This document shows positions 48,903 to 61,840 of a DNA stretch of 64,000 nt, in pieces. The DNA lies in NCBI GenBank assembly GCA_030704615.1, contig CM060733.1, forward strand, positions 69,378,001 to 69,442,000, written 5' to 3'. Position 1 is the first letter of the stretch, and each line of letters opens with the position of its first letter. The stretch comes from Takakia lepidozioides (taxonomy: Eukaryota; Plantae; Bryophyta). A program made the translations under genes and the position numbers. The notes beneath the pieces were generated by a model. That model did not search any database. It was not told where the DNA came from and saw only the letters and a program-made list of their open reading frames with translations.

Positions 48903-49120
48903 GACATTGTAGTCACTACAGAGAAAAAAAAAAAAAAAAAAAAAACTTATATGTACGTCATGACATAGAAGTGGATAAAGGAGGCAATGATTATTGAGGT
49001 CGGCAACGACCATCAAGAATAAAAAGAAATTGTACCTCTTTGACGTTTTGTACTTTGGCTACTATTTTCAAAATTTTGAATGGAGTGTTGTGCTTAAACT
49101 GTTTTGTTCAGCCCATGTCT

Positions 49121-50110
49121 TATAGTCGGCACAGACTACAAGAATTAAGTGAAAGAATATGGATATGGAGTCATATTTGATTTCAAAAAAGTGGTGGTTG
49201 AAAAATGAGCTCATAAGAGCACTGAGTTGGAGTTAATAATTTATCCGAATGGTCATACACTATATAGTCGGCACAGACTATAAGAATTAAGTGAAAGAAG
49301 ATGGATATGGAGTCATATTTGATTGCAAAAAAGTGGTGGTTGAAAAACGAGCTCATCTGAGCAAAGAGTTGGAGTTAATAATTTATCCAAATGGTCATAT
49401 ACTTTATAGTCAGCACAGACTACAAGAATTAAGTGAAAGAAGATGGATATGGAGTCATATTTGATTTCAAAAAAGTGGTGGTTGAAAAATGAGCTTATCT
49501 GAGCACTGAGTTGGAGTTAATAATTTATCCGAATGGTCATACACTTTATAGTCGGCACAGACTAAAAGAATTAAGTGAAAGAAGATGGATATGGAGTCAT
49601 ATTTGATTGCAAAAAAGTGGTGGTTAAAAAACGAGCTCATCTGAGCAAAGAGTTGGAGTTAATAATTTATCCAAATGGTCATACACTTTATAGTCGGCAC
49701 AAACTATAAGAATTAAGTGAAAGAAGATGGATATGGAGTCATATTTGATTGCAAAAAAGTGGTAGCTGAAAAATGAGTTCATCTGAGCAAGAGTTGGAGT
49801 TAACTAATTTATCCAAATGGTCTTACACTTTATAGTCGGCACAGACTACAAGAATTAAGTGAAAGAAGATGGATATGGACTCATATTTGATTGCAAAAAA
49901 GTGGTAGTTGAAAAATGGGCTCATCTGAGCAAAGAGTTGGAGTTAACTAATTCATCCAAATGGTCATACACTTTGTAGTCGGCACAAACTATGAATATTT
50001 CAAGCAAGTTTATGTTTCGAAACCTGTTAAAAGAAGACCTTATCCGTGGAAAGAGTTGGAGTTCACAAGATAATCCAAGTTGTCACGCACTTTGTAGTCA
50101 GCACAGACTA
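49121..50110. repeat. Tandem array of about 7 units of 142 bp, each with the palindrome TATAGTCGGCACAGACTAYA
   Basis: Unit starts at 49121, 49263, 49405, 49547, 49689, 49831 and 49974, with a last palindrome near 50093. Lies directly 3' of the transposase copy 2 stop codon. Confidence 0.95.
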
Positions 50111-53100
50111 CAAGGATTCCAAACATGCAGGATATCCACTGCGGCTCTATGGGACCCAAGGACAGGGATCACAAACTAACATACCCCTGACTTCAGATAT
50201 TGTCAGAGTTGCGTGATCGATGACCTCCTGGTCTTCCCGTATCTTCAAACGTCGTAGCATAATATAGTATAAGTGCTTGCAGTGGGTGTAGGGTCCTTTT
50301 ACTTTCTTCATTTTGTTAAAATCAGGGCATGTGCACTCCGGACTTCTAGAGATGTAAACATTGTACACCTCCCTTGCTTTTGTTGATCCCAGTGTGCACA
50401 GTGTGTACACACGTCCAATTCTCGAGCGAGGAACATCCTTGAATGATTGCACCGTGGCCTGCAAAGACTGAGCTAACTCCATCTTCTTACGAGCGATTGC
50501 TGACCGTTTCTTCCGCCGGTATACTCTGTCCCACCTTTTCATCGTGTACGAGTCCGGATCCAGATTATTGATATCTTCCGCAACACAGTCTCATTCACCT
50601 TGGGAATTACCCACGTCATCTGGGGGAACAAGTCGAAAGCCTGCTTTTGTGAAAGAGTCCACATCTGCCTGACTTAGGTTCGTCCCAACCATCACAGGCC
50701 AAACGTCTGGAATATCATGTCTGTCCAGCACATACTGGCTTGAATCGCCACCGACACACTAGACGATGTCTGTTGGGCAGTGCCAAATCTCCATCATCTT
50801 CGGCTTCACCAGGGCAGGAGGGTGGTGCTGACCAACAAACCTCGGAGCCGGAACTCCCAAACTCTGGAGTGGCCTGATTTCATGTTTGCATGGCTTCCCA
50901 CTATCAGAGCGCACAGCCCAGCACTTCACCCGTGATGTGTTAGAAGTTTGTGCTATGTGCCAGCATGCCGTGGACACAGCCGACTCCAAAACTGGCTTTT
51001 TGTTCTAAACTAGAAGATCATCCTCCAAAGTTTCCACGGACATGTCAGTAGTGCATGTTGACACTCTTGGTCCACCAGCACCTTCATGACGCCTCGGTGT
51101 AGTTCGGAGGTTTAAGTCAGACCTCCAGGAATGAAGGGGTTTCTCTTCGTGTAAGTTGCCGAGAACAATCTTCCGTTTTGTTGTGCGAGTTACGATATCA
51201 CCCTCCAGCCCTGGATTTCGTCCATGAAGCTCAGTGCCATCTACGAAAGACCTGACCGCTTCTGCCATTTTTGCTGAATCAGACAATCGCGACGCAGCAC
51301 GGGCTAGCAGTTGTGCCCGGTCGGGTCCGGAACCCTTTGCTCCACCCTTTAGATAACTGTGGTAGTCACACAATTGCGTAATTGCCCCGTCAAGTTGTTC
51401 CTAGTAGCTGTGTAGAGGTCGACCTTCGATACACCGCTCCCTGACTGCCAGCTCGCATGCACGGGCTCGGACATGTTCACATTTGGCATTGCAGCGTTTT
51501 CTTGTAGCTCCAGATCCTGCAGTACACATGTACAAGACAGCATTGAAGCATAGTCGGTGCAGACTATTAGACAGCACAGTCAGTGGAGGACCAATTTGTA
51601 GGACATAACCGCATAGTCGTCGCCGACCACAAGTCCGACAGGATCCGACATCCGACAACATTGCGCCGGTAACGCTAAAGTCGGTGCAGACTACAAGCAC
51701 CATAGACAGTGCTGGACCATTTACATAATACAGACTATACGATAATGTCATAATCAGCAGGATTTGTACTAAAAACAAAGACGAATCTCATATTGTCTAA
51801 CAAGCAGACGGTAGGAACGTAGGTGGTACAAACTATAACGACACGTTCAGTAAATACTGTACTGCGTGTACGTCCCTTAGATAGTCGCTACCGACTATAT
51901 GAGCAGTCTCATAAAAAGACACCCATGTTTCAGTAACCGACCCAGAAACATAGCAGATCCAAGCCATAGTCGCTACAGACTATTAGAACAGGCCAACTGC
52001 ATGAACCGCTTTACGTTCCCGGTGGCATAGTCGTTACCGACTATGCCCCTTATTCGTTTATCCTCACATGTGACCAAACCAATATAACACGTACGGAATT
52101 ACCTGTCTGTGAAAAAATATCAATCCCATATAGTCGTTGCAGACTATACGGTACTAATACCCCGTGGGTTCAAATGTTATGCAGTGAAAGGACCATGTAC
52201 GGATGGCGGGTGCAATAGTCCTTGCAGACTATATGGTTTAACTTCATATCATGTCAGTTCTGCATATTCGGGAATGTATAAAAGCGTCGAGTGGAAACCG
52301 TTCTTTTTAAACTTATGACGTGCTCATGTGAGCGGAGGATCATGCGCGTAACAAACTTGGTAGAAATATAGCCTAACGAATGCATCACATTCTAGATATG
52401 TAATGCTCTGGTCGGTGCCGACTAAGTCATTACGTTCGCTCACGTGAGCGGCATCACCGAAGTGCATATACAGTGTTTGTAGAAACTGAAGACTTACATT
52501 GCGAACATATGCTCCCAATTGGTAGTATCGGTATGTCCACCACGACAGCCAGCTTTCCAACGCAGGAACGTCATCGTCTCGCACGGCACCGGAGGAGGAC
52601 CACCAGGCACGGATCGCCACAAACGAAACCTCTACTTCCGCCTCAGAACTTGCTGCTCTCCATTTCGTACACAGCTGTATATGTGCTTTTTGAAGGTCCT
52701 GCAATATATATTTTTTCGTCCATTTGTCCGGGCTCTGGCCCCAATGGAAGCCACATGTCCTTTCTCAATCGGGCATAGTTCCCCTCCGCCATACACCATA
52801 CGCACAGCAGCCCAGTTGGCATTTGCATTGTCGGCCATGAATCCTCGGAATTGTGGTTGGCCCTTCCCTGCTCTTCGCATCTGATCGTTGATGCACTCCC
52901 ACATAATCACTTGTGATGTTGTATCCTCCGATTTCATTTCACATATTGTGATTGTCATAATCTTGCGGTAGTTCGAATGGTACACGTGACACGCCATTGT
53001 GCTCCAACCGTGTATTCGTTTGACGTTGTCGAACATAATCCAACTCGACCCCAGCTCACCACCGACCCGCATCATGTCCACCAAATGGACTCCACAGCCT

Positions 53101-53409
53101 TTACCAACAGTTGACATCTTGAAGACAAAGGATCTCTCGTCCACACTCCCTGACCTGGAAAACGGCTGCCCTAGATATAGTCGTACCTGCTCCAACTTTT
53201 CATTGTCATTAACGCTTCCACATCGCTCCCAATCCCCATTGCCGCTTTTGTCTTCTGTGTCTCGTAACGAATACCACATCTGCTCACTGCACCCACTTCT
53301 TCCATAAGCTCCTCGAATTGCTCATCAGATAGCTTCCAACTCTCCGTTGCACCAGGAGATAACACCTTCTCCATGACGATAGATTCAGCAACAGATAACT
53401 GAAAGAAGA

Positions 53410-53582
53410 AGGAACTCGAACTGGCCTCTCAAGGACCTCCTGAGTGACCGGGTGCCGATATTTGAACAAAATATCAGCGGTTTCTGTCGCCCGGTTGAAA
53501 CTAACGAGGATGTCGTGTTTATCAATAGCGCCCCCTTTGTAGAAGGACATTTTCACAGTGGGCTCTGTGTTCAGACTCCGAA
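53410..53582 (-). pseudogene. Protein X copy 3, C-terminal half
   Basis: RSLNTEPTVKMSFYKGGAIDKHDILVSF..ILFKYRHPVTQEVLERPVRVPS aligns with the C-termini of X1 and X2. Confidence 0.7.
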
Positions 53583-53639
53583 AACGCAATGGCGGCCTAT
53601 AACCGTGGATAGTACTGTTGCAGAAGTGCAAGATGGTTG

Positions 53640-54000
53640 GGTATAATGGCGCCGTAATTGGGCACAGGAAAAGAAATAGCTGGCTGAGGGCTCGGGAGTG
53701 AAGCCAATAATGGTGCCGAAATTGGGCTCCGCCTACCAAATACCCGGCTGAAGCCTCCGGAGTGCAGCCAATAACGGCGCCAAAATTGGGCCCCGGAAAC
53801 CAAATACTCGGCTGAAGCCACCGGAGTGCAGCCGATAATGGCGCCGAAATTGGGGTCCGGAAACCAAATACCCAGCTGAAGGCTGGGGAGTGCAACCAAT
53901 AACGGCGCCAAAATTGGGCTCCGAAAACAAAATTCTCAGCTGAAGCTTCCGCAGTCCATCCAATAACGGCGCCAAAATTGGGCTCCGGAGAGCAAATACC
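53640..54000. repeat. About 6 tandem units of 64 bp with the imperfect palindrome CCAATAAYGGCGCCRAAATTGG
   Basis: Copies at about 53640, 53704, 53768, 53832, 53896 and 53960. Confidence 0.92.
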
Positions 54001-54222
54001 CGCCTTACGGTGAGGGAATTTTGCAAGCTCTCCTGAAACTGGTGCGGATTTGTCTAATAAAAGCACACATGTCGGAGGAAATAGAAGTTCTGCCGCATAC
54101 GACATTGGTAGTGCAGCAATGATATATCCCTCTTCCGCCGGCCTCGCTCTCATTTTGCTCTTCACTCTTCTCTGCTGTGCCCATCTCCTCCCTGCTCTGA
54201 GTTCTTGTTGTGTCGTGAGGCC

Positions 54223-54564
54223 ATGTCGTGCCCGAATCACATCTATCGACGCCAGACGGGAGTCATTGTCCCGAAAGCAGACGACATCATTGTCTTCCTA
54301 GATGTTTACAGGGACGATCCTCGACTTGTCCAGCTGAGAGCAATGGAGTTTCTTCCAAGATTGCACGATTCTCCTGGACCCCGGCTGGGGAGCAGGTGGT
54401 TCCTGCGCATCATGGACCTGGACTTTCCGCTGGAGTGGGAGCCGAACAGATCACGCACAGCGTTGCTGTATTGCTGGTACTGTTGCGAGTGGACGTATGA
54501 TGAGTGCATAGGTGAAAACTTCACGCGTGGACGGACTGGCTCGGAAAGAGGGGACATTCTCTTC
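54223..54564 (+). pseudogene. Protein X copy 3, N-terminal half (inverted relative to its C-half)
   Basis: DDIIVFLDVY..LRAMEFL..WFLRIMDLDFP..RSRTALLYCWYCCEW..IGENF..RGDILF aligns with X1 and X2. Confidence 0.75.
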
Positions 54565-55526
54565 ATAAGGCTTGGCTGAGGGTGACCTTTGGATCTCTTC
54601 TGCAATGGCACTTTTTGCCTTTGTTGTTGCTTCCCGACACAGCCCAAGTGCAGAGAGGTGTGAGTGGTTCCCAACATGGACGGCTGCTCTTGTCATTGTT
54701 GGTGGACCAAGAACGTAAAACATTTTCGCGGGGCAAATATGCATGCACGTGGGTGCATGATTGCACACTGCGCATACAAAGGTGTTTGGCGGAACTTGGC
54801 TCTGTGGCTTGAACTGTACCTCGGAGTGCCCCAACCAGTGCATCTCATTGTACGCTCCTTCCCTGACGAAGAATGGGCACGTTCCCCGGACGCACCTCAA
54901 CGCTCCAACACAGTAAACATATCTGCCATGTGAAAGTTGGTTAGTACTCCAATACGATTGTGGCACTACCTGGACAAACAATGTAAGTCTACACCGACTA
55001 CAAAAACTCGTATGGCAATGTCCACCAGTGAAAATGGAAACATTACCTCACAGCGCCGCCTTTTGAACCAATGAGCGGGAGCTTGATGTTGGTTGTTTTT
55101 GTGACCGTCCATGGATTCCCGTCGTATTTGCGGTCCATGCCCTCAAGCTGCCCTCAAGCTGCCCAGCTGGAGATGTGTTCGATGTGGGCGGCAGCTCATA
55201 CAAAACATCACCGTCAACGATCCTCGGCAAGCATCTCACCTTCTTTGCTTCAACATTTTCAAAATTTATCCTTCCAAGCTGCGATTTGGAGTCTAGGTGC
55301 AGAAACTTCAGCACATCCAGTATATTTTTCTAGTACATTGGGATATACATGTTTCTTAATGTGCTTGTTCAATTGTTGAACAGGTTGCATAAATATTTGT
55401 CTCCACAATAACTTTGAATGTGTTTGTATTTTAGGTACATGAGATTTGTGCTTGTACCGAGTGATCGACTTAAGGCTGAGCCCAAGTTTCTGATGGCCTG
55501 GAAGTTTGGTGCTCAACAAGCTTCCA

Positions 55527-57298
55527 TTCATGGCGGATGCAGCAGGAGCGAATTGGGCTGCTGTTCGAAGGGTTTATGGATCTGATCCCAATGTACCAAT
55601 GGAAGGTAAAGAAAGAACATGTTTATATCATTGGGCTGAAAGCCTCCGAAGACACACCAACGACTATATCTTGGAGGACTTCCGTGAAAGGCACACTCAG
55701 CTCTGTTATGAATGGAAAGATAGTGCTACCTTGGAGGATGCTACAACCACATACATTGCAATTCGGGCTTGGTGGCTCTCTTCAGGAGCATGCACAGAAA
55801 AGAGTCTGCCAAAACCGGATTCATGGCTTGCATGGTGGCACTACAGATATCGAATGTGGGGCCAATGGATGAGAGATGACATGGATGTGGAGGCAGATGC
55901 AGATATGCCTACCACTAATTTGTAGTCCATTCTGCTTGGTGGAAGACAACAGGCAATGGGAAAAAAATGAAGGTGGATCTATATGAGGCCACCATGCATG
56001 ACATGTCACGAGCTCTTTTGCAGCAGGCAACATTTTACAGGCACACCACAGGAAAGACATGGGGGACGGGGCCCGACAAAGAGGAGCTCATGTTGCGTCA
56101 AGCAGCTAGATCTAATAACCTAGCAAAAATGGGTAAGGTTGTACGTGGCATAGTAGCTGGAACACCCATGCACACAAGGGGGGTTCAATTGGAGGGAGAC
56201 AATCGCACTGTTCCAGTCAAACGCAAGTTAGGCGATGAGCATGGTGGGCCAAACGAATCTTGGAGGTGTGATATGAATGTAAAGACTGTTCCAGTGCGCG
56301 CCACTGGGATGCCCAGTCCACACCAGCCATCTAGGTTTGTCAGCTCCAAATCAAGTCATGACATTCCTGGTTCTTCGACTTTCTGTGAGACAAATCCACA
56401 TGTTGTTATCCCTCCTCAGCCAATGCAATGGGGAAATCCAGTCAGAGAGACACAAGACTTTTCCGATGCATTGTTCAGGATTCAGCGGACAGGTCCTGCT
56501 TCCATGGTTCGTTGTTCTGCCTTGGTTGGAGTTTCCAAGGATAAATGCAAAGCGCTCATCAGGAAAGGTAAAGGAAGTCATGCACCTTGCTTCACTGGCA
56601 AGTTACTAGCACCGAACATGAAAGAACCAAAACTGCAAGTTTTTTGGTTTTGCCCCACAGATGTTTTGTCGTGTGTTGGAGGGACCGTGCCATCCTATTG
56701 CTTGGGAAAACCGGGTATACCTAACGTGTGGCCTGTGAAGGTTGGAACCAACCTTACACAAGAAGAGGTGGACAACTTGACCCTTGCAGGTTTTCGACTA
56801 GTCCATCCTCCCAACGTTCCTGATCCGAACTTTCCTGTGGGACCACTTCCAGTGGAACAACATATTCATCAAGGTGTTGTCCTTCCTGTGGGTAAGTATC
56901 CCACTACATGCTATGGGGTGCGCATTCGGCATCGGGATCCGACTCCTCGACACTTGAGTCGCCAAGAGTCAGCAGAGACTCTTATTGTTGAGGTTCGTGG
57001 ATTCAGAAATGTGCCTCAGCCAGGTTATGGGAGAATTTACCAGCTACAAACAGAGGGATCTACCAGAGCAGGATTGGTTTACAATGTATACATTGGTCAG
57101 TTTCCATCTTGTGATTGTCCCGACTTTGATGAGCTATCTGTCAAGAAGAAAAAACAAACATATCTACCTTGTAAGCACATGTACTTCATGTACAACGTGC
57201 ATCTAGGATGTGCCGGGGCTTATGAGATCCACCAACCTTCCCTTAGCCAGTTAGAGGTTAGGGCTATGCTAAAGAAGGACCCTAGTTCAACTTCTTAG
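55527..57298 (+). pseudogene. MULE transposase, copy 3 (5'-truncated)
   Basis: Starts abruptly at FMADAAGANWAAVRRVYG..ERTCLYHW, has a disruption near 55923, then a 443-codon frame ending in SWIM CDCPDF..CKHMYF. Confidence 0.85.
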
Positions 57299-59435
57299 TG
57301 ACACATGAAATGCACTAAAAAAGAACCTCTAACTTGTGCCGTTCATTTTCATGCATGTGACATGTAATTATCTTGTTACTACTTTATTCCAAACATGACA
57401 CATAGCATTTGTTAGTACAAAAGTTCCTATTTTGGTTAAAATGGAACTTGTGTACCTGTCATACAAGTTTTCAAATTATAGAACTGCTTGGCATTACAAA
57501 CAGACATGCAATGTGGTGGTTCCAAACATGACACATATGCATTTGTTAGTACAAAAGTCCATATTTTGGTTAATATGAAACTATTTTCCTTGAATACAAG
57601 TTTACAAACTATTGCTTTGGTCAGGGATCTTGTATTCTCTTCAGTTTAAGGTGGTGCATTAGTTGAAGTTAGTGGTCACATGCATCTTTGACCATTGACT
57701 ACTGATTTTGTTAGCTAAGGATTTTTTATTTATTTTTCTATATACATATGATGTAACATTTGCATATGCAATAAATACGTCGTATTCTATGTTATATAAC
57801 TCCACTGCATACAATCTACAATGTGTGCATACAAATTTGTCACATGCATATATAATAAGGGATTTTGTGCATGCATGCACGCAACCTGTGCATATGGAAT
57901 AGCAACCCCCCGGAAATTGACGCATGTTGTGGCGGATTGCGCCGCTTGGAGGCAATCAATGAAATCCAAGTCGGCACCGACCTTATGGAATTATTGAAAT
58001 TCGTAGAAATTTACAGAGTTAAAGAGAGTGAACACATCCTCTTCAAAGGCATTATAGTGTGTGGTCGGCGCCGACCAATTCTTGCCCGAATGTGTGGTTG
58101 CCAATTCAGCTCTTCAAGGATAGGCATAGGCATCCATTACACAGGAAGGGCAAGCAAGCAAATCAACCTATGCAAGACAGATGTACAAACCATGTAACAC
58201 ACTAAACCATCATGCCATACACACGGGAGAAAAAATCCTCTGTTGTAGGTCCAACTGCGCGGGGACCTTAGGGGGTCACGTGTCGAAATGTAATATGTGG
58301 ATACACATATCATATTGGGTTCGGTACTCATGGTTATGACCTTAGCATGAAACACTCAGCCCGTGATGCTGGCATACTCACTGTTTATCAGAGGTCTGCG
58401 ATTCCTAAAGAAGATTCCGCTTCATCAACTCTACAATGCACATTTCATGCCCTCAGTTCACTAGCCTGGTTCTAAAGCCACACACAATGTTCCCACATTA
58501 CCACCCACAAGAGCATGCCCTGCCATCTGGACCACTCCGCATCTCCCACCCAACCAGCCACAACGGAGAGACAAATCTCTCAAGTTCCCCAACCCGACCC
58601 TGATCCAAAACCCCTCCCCACAGTCCCTCCATTCCCATACCACAAACCATGTGAATTAGGTGATATTATTGGCTATGTCAAAATCCATCATATTTCAAGA
58701 CAAAGACTCTTTAATTTGCAAATAGATTTAGTCATTCACATCCGGAATATGCGCTCTTCGACTCATAATTTCTGCTCCTCCAGAAACTTCCACGACCCTG
58801 CAGAGGATATTAAGATTCGGGGATATGATGTTACGATATGGAGTTCGGATATTAGAAGTTGATTATACCATTTAGGATGACGTTCTGCAAACCCGGACCC
58901 CCATTGCACCCAGAAGAGATTCGCGGATATTTACTTTGACAACGTTCGAGTCAACATAAATTTTACCATTCACTCCTCTAATATTTCTCATCCTAAACTA
59001 TTTGGATGGAGTCCAGGCCACGTGTCGGAAATGACTGAGTCATCTAGCGGCGCGGCAGGAGGCTATTTCTCAATTTTGGGGATGTGGTAGCCATCTCATA
59101 TTCCTGACGTAGGTTTGGATGGAGGTAATTCGACGCACATTTAACATCCACATCGGATGACAATGGATGGCGTGCTTCCATGGATGGGGGATTCGATTTT
59201 TCATCCGTTATTGCTATTTGAATTTTGGCGCCGGCCACGTGGCACATAGTCCGGTTACGGCATGCAGCCGGCTGCATGGCACTATCTCATTTCGTAGGCA
59301 TACGTTACGGCCCGCATAGGACGGGTTCTGATCCCTTTTCGGGTTCGGCAGTGCATACGGCCATGCGGATTCTCCTCTGCAGTGCCCGACTCTTCAGCTT
59401 CACTTTCTATTTTCGAGCAGGGGAACGTTGTCGTC

Positions 59436-59897
59436 ATGGAGCCTCAAGCGGAGGAAGAGGGGGAGTTTGTGCTGCCCACGCAAACACGCATACTGCGCGG
59501 GCGGACGGTGGTCTCCCAACAGAGCAACGAGGGTGTTAGACCTCCCAGAAAATTAGTGAAACTTCGTAAGAACTCAACGACTTCACAGGAAGGCGGTTTG
59601 GTGTCTACAGCGGCCACACCATCGATGGATCGTCCTCCCCTCTCCCCTGTTTTTCAAAGCGGTGCATCGCCAGGTCCAGCAACGAGCGCACAGGGAGGCA
59701 GACCTGTTCAAAATGTTGCAAGTGTGCAACACACTGTGCTGGCGGACGTTGTTTTGACTGGCGACATGCGGAAGCAAGCCCTACTCTCACTCACTACAAG
59801 AGCCATAAACCACACAATGAGTTCTATTTTGCACTTGCTGCGGAATGGTGCTCCGCGAAGGATACCATTATGCAGGATGCAGCCCCTCCCGGCTATA
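59436..59897 (+). pseudogene. ParB-MTase family gene copy 4, piece A (N-terminus)
   Basis: Low-complexity N-terminus, then RRIPLCRMQPLPAI, cut at 59897. Confidence 0.7.
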
Positions 59898-60149
59898 CCC
59901 TACCCTATACCCAATGGCTACCCTATACCCAATGGCGCCTTCCTTTAGTCGTTGGCGCCTATGAGTACAATGTCTGAGCCCAGTAGTCGGCGCCGACCAC
60001 GAGCAACAACACTACTGCCGACTACTGGAATGTTTGCCGACTACAACGAGCCTACAGATTCTTTTTCGACCGCTACTTCCCACACCCAATTTGTTGTATG
60101 GCATATGCAAAGGGTGGGTGAATTGCATTGACAATTATGTACCTGTACA

Positions 60150-60735
60150 GGAGCCTGCGAGCTGGTACAGTTCCACCAGGCTGCTTAGTAATTGGCCAAT
60201 TGCGGGCAGACCCATCCTTCATCTTGCACCAGAATAGCTCCTTCCAGAACTTGAGGCGGAAATCGTCCACCCAGACAGAGAGGGTCTTCAAAGTGGGAGC
60301 CTCTTCCTGGGTTGGCAGCTGCAAGAACCCTTTCTAAATTAGCATGGCCAACTGCCGTTCTGCTTCCTCCTTTTGCTGCGAGTCCACCACGTCAATTGTT
60401 AGAGATGAGAAATTGCAACAATAATTGTAACATGAAGCCACCACCAGTATTGCCAACATCTTACCTGGAACCACCATGTCATTTTGTCGCACCACAAGCC
60501 AAACACCACATCTGTGGGAGCATGGGGGAATTTTCCATTTTTGCGGGTTGTGGAGTCAGAATTCCACAGCTTCAACCATAAAATCTTCTTCTTCGGGCTG
60601 ACCTTGCTCGTGGCAAGCATCTGCAACTTCTCGAGAGTCATTTCCGGCTTCTGATTGACGGTAAGAGACTTGTAATGCGTGGTTATCTCAAAAAGAAAGC
60701 CAGTTCCGAGTGCAGGATCGCAGATGGAGGTGAAA
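60150..60735 (-). pseudogene. ParB-MTase family gene copy 4, piece C (inverted, displaced)
   Basis: FTSICDPALGTGFLFEITTHY..KPEMTLEKLQML..WCDKMTWWFQ, an intron, then ..FRLKFWKELFW; homologous to exons 3-5 of copies 1-3. Confidence 0.75.
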
Positions 60736-61380
60736 CGCCTATCACCGTGGGCTGCAGGTGAGTTGTTGTAGTCGCCACCAACTATAGCACCACCCTCAAA
60801 ATTAGCAAGTCCATACGGCGATGTTAGGTGTTATGGTCGCCACCGACTATATCATCCCCAGTGAAAGCTAGACCCAAGCTGGACCTGTTGTGTCTATAAC
60901 TACATAGTTGAAAACTACTTGTTCTTGAAATGGACACTGTTGAAGTGTGACTGTCTATGAGGGAAGGAGTGTGCACATGGGCATAAGTTTAATATTTGGG
61001 CATTGCGGCTGGCATGTCATGGCAAGGGTCTTCACATCAATCAGCACAGTAGTAACCTGTTTCATTTGGATATTTGTGACCGGCAATTTATGACTTCAGC
61101 AGACTAGGCTCAGCACTCCAGCAATTCCAAACCAGGGGAATGTGAAGGGTTGGAGGATGGCAAGGATGTGAAGATCATGCAATTAAGAAGACTGAACATC
61201 CACATAAAATTTTGCGCAATATTCAATTACACCCATATCACTGTACGATATTTTCCAAATGATTCAGCGCATCAGAGAAACCCCTTTGTGTTTACATTAA
61301 AAGAAAAGCAAATGCAACTACGTAACATTCGGACTACCAGGGTTTTTAATCTGCGGGCTAAAGTCACGGCCTACTTGCAA

Positions 61381-61840
61381 TAGTCGGCAGCGACTATAAA
61401 CCCCTAAAGGGCAAAACCTGTGTCATATTCGGTGGCGACTATGACCAGGCCAATTTTGGCTACAACAGGGCCGGCTTACTATAGTCGTTGCCGACTATAC
61501 CCAATGGCTACCCTATATGGAATTGAGTTAGTTTTTAATTTGCGGGCAGTAGTCACATAGTCGGTGGCGACTATGACCAGGCCAACTTTGGCTACTACAG
61601 GGCCGGCTTACTATAGTCGTTGCCGACTATACCCAATGGCTACCCTATATGGAATTGAGTTAGTTTTTAATTTGCGGGCAGTAGTCACGGCCAACTTGCA
61701 ATAGTCGGCAGCGACTATGAACCCCTAAGGGGCAAAATCTGTGTCATAGTCGGTGGCGACTATGACCAGGCCAATTTGGCTATGACAGGGCCGGCTTACT
61801 ATAGTCGTTGCCGACTATACCCAATGGCTACCCTATACCC
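61381..61840. repeat. Array of 8 ATAGTCGNYRNCGACTAT palindromes in duplicated blocks
   Basis: Copies near 61381, 61426, 61481, 61557, 61614, 61701, 61746 and 61801. Confidence 0.9.

Larger units (their letters stand above)
50147..55314 (-). pseudogene. MULE transposase, copy 2 (near full length, interrupted at about 53405-54570)
   Basis: N-terminal VRCLPRIVDGDVLYELPP, Zn module CAVC..C...C..VHVGNHSH, core MFDNVKRIHGWSTMACHVY and FMADNANANWAAVRMVYG, a ~1-kb intron at about 51520-52497, and C-terminal SWIM CTCPDF..CKHLYY. Confidence 0.82.

Noticed and set aside
47560-59100. Terminal inverted repeats and TSDs of the MULE elements
   Set aside because: Candidate end-like stretches (about 47570, 58800-58900, 12820, 4840) could not be paired by eye, so element boundaries are left undefined.
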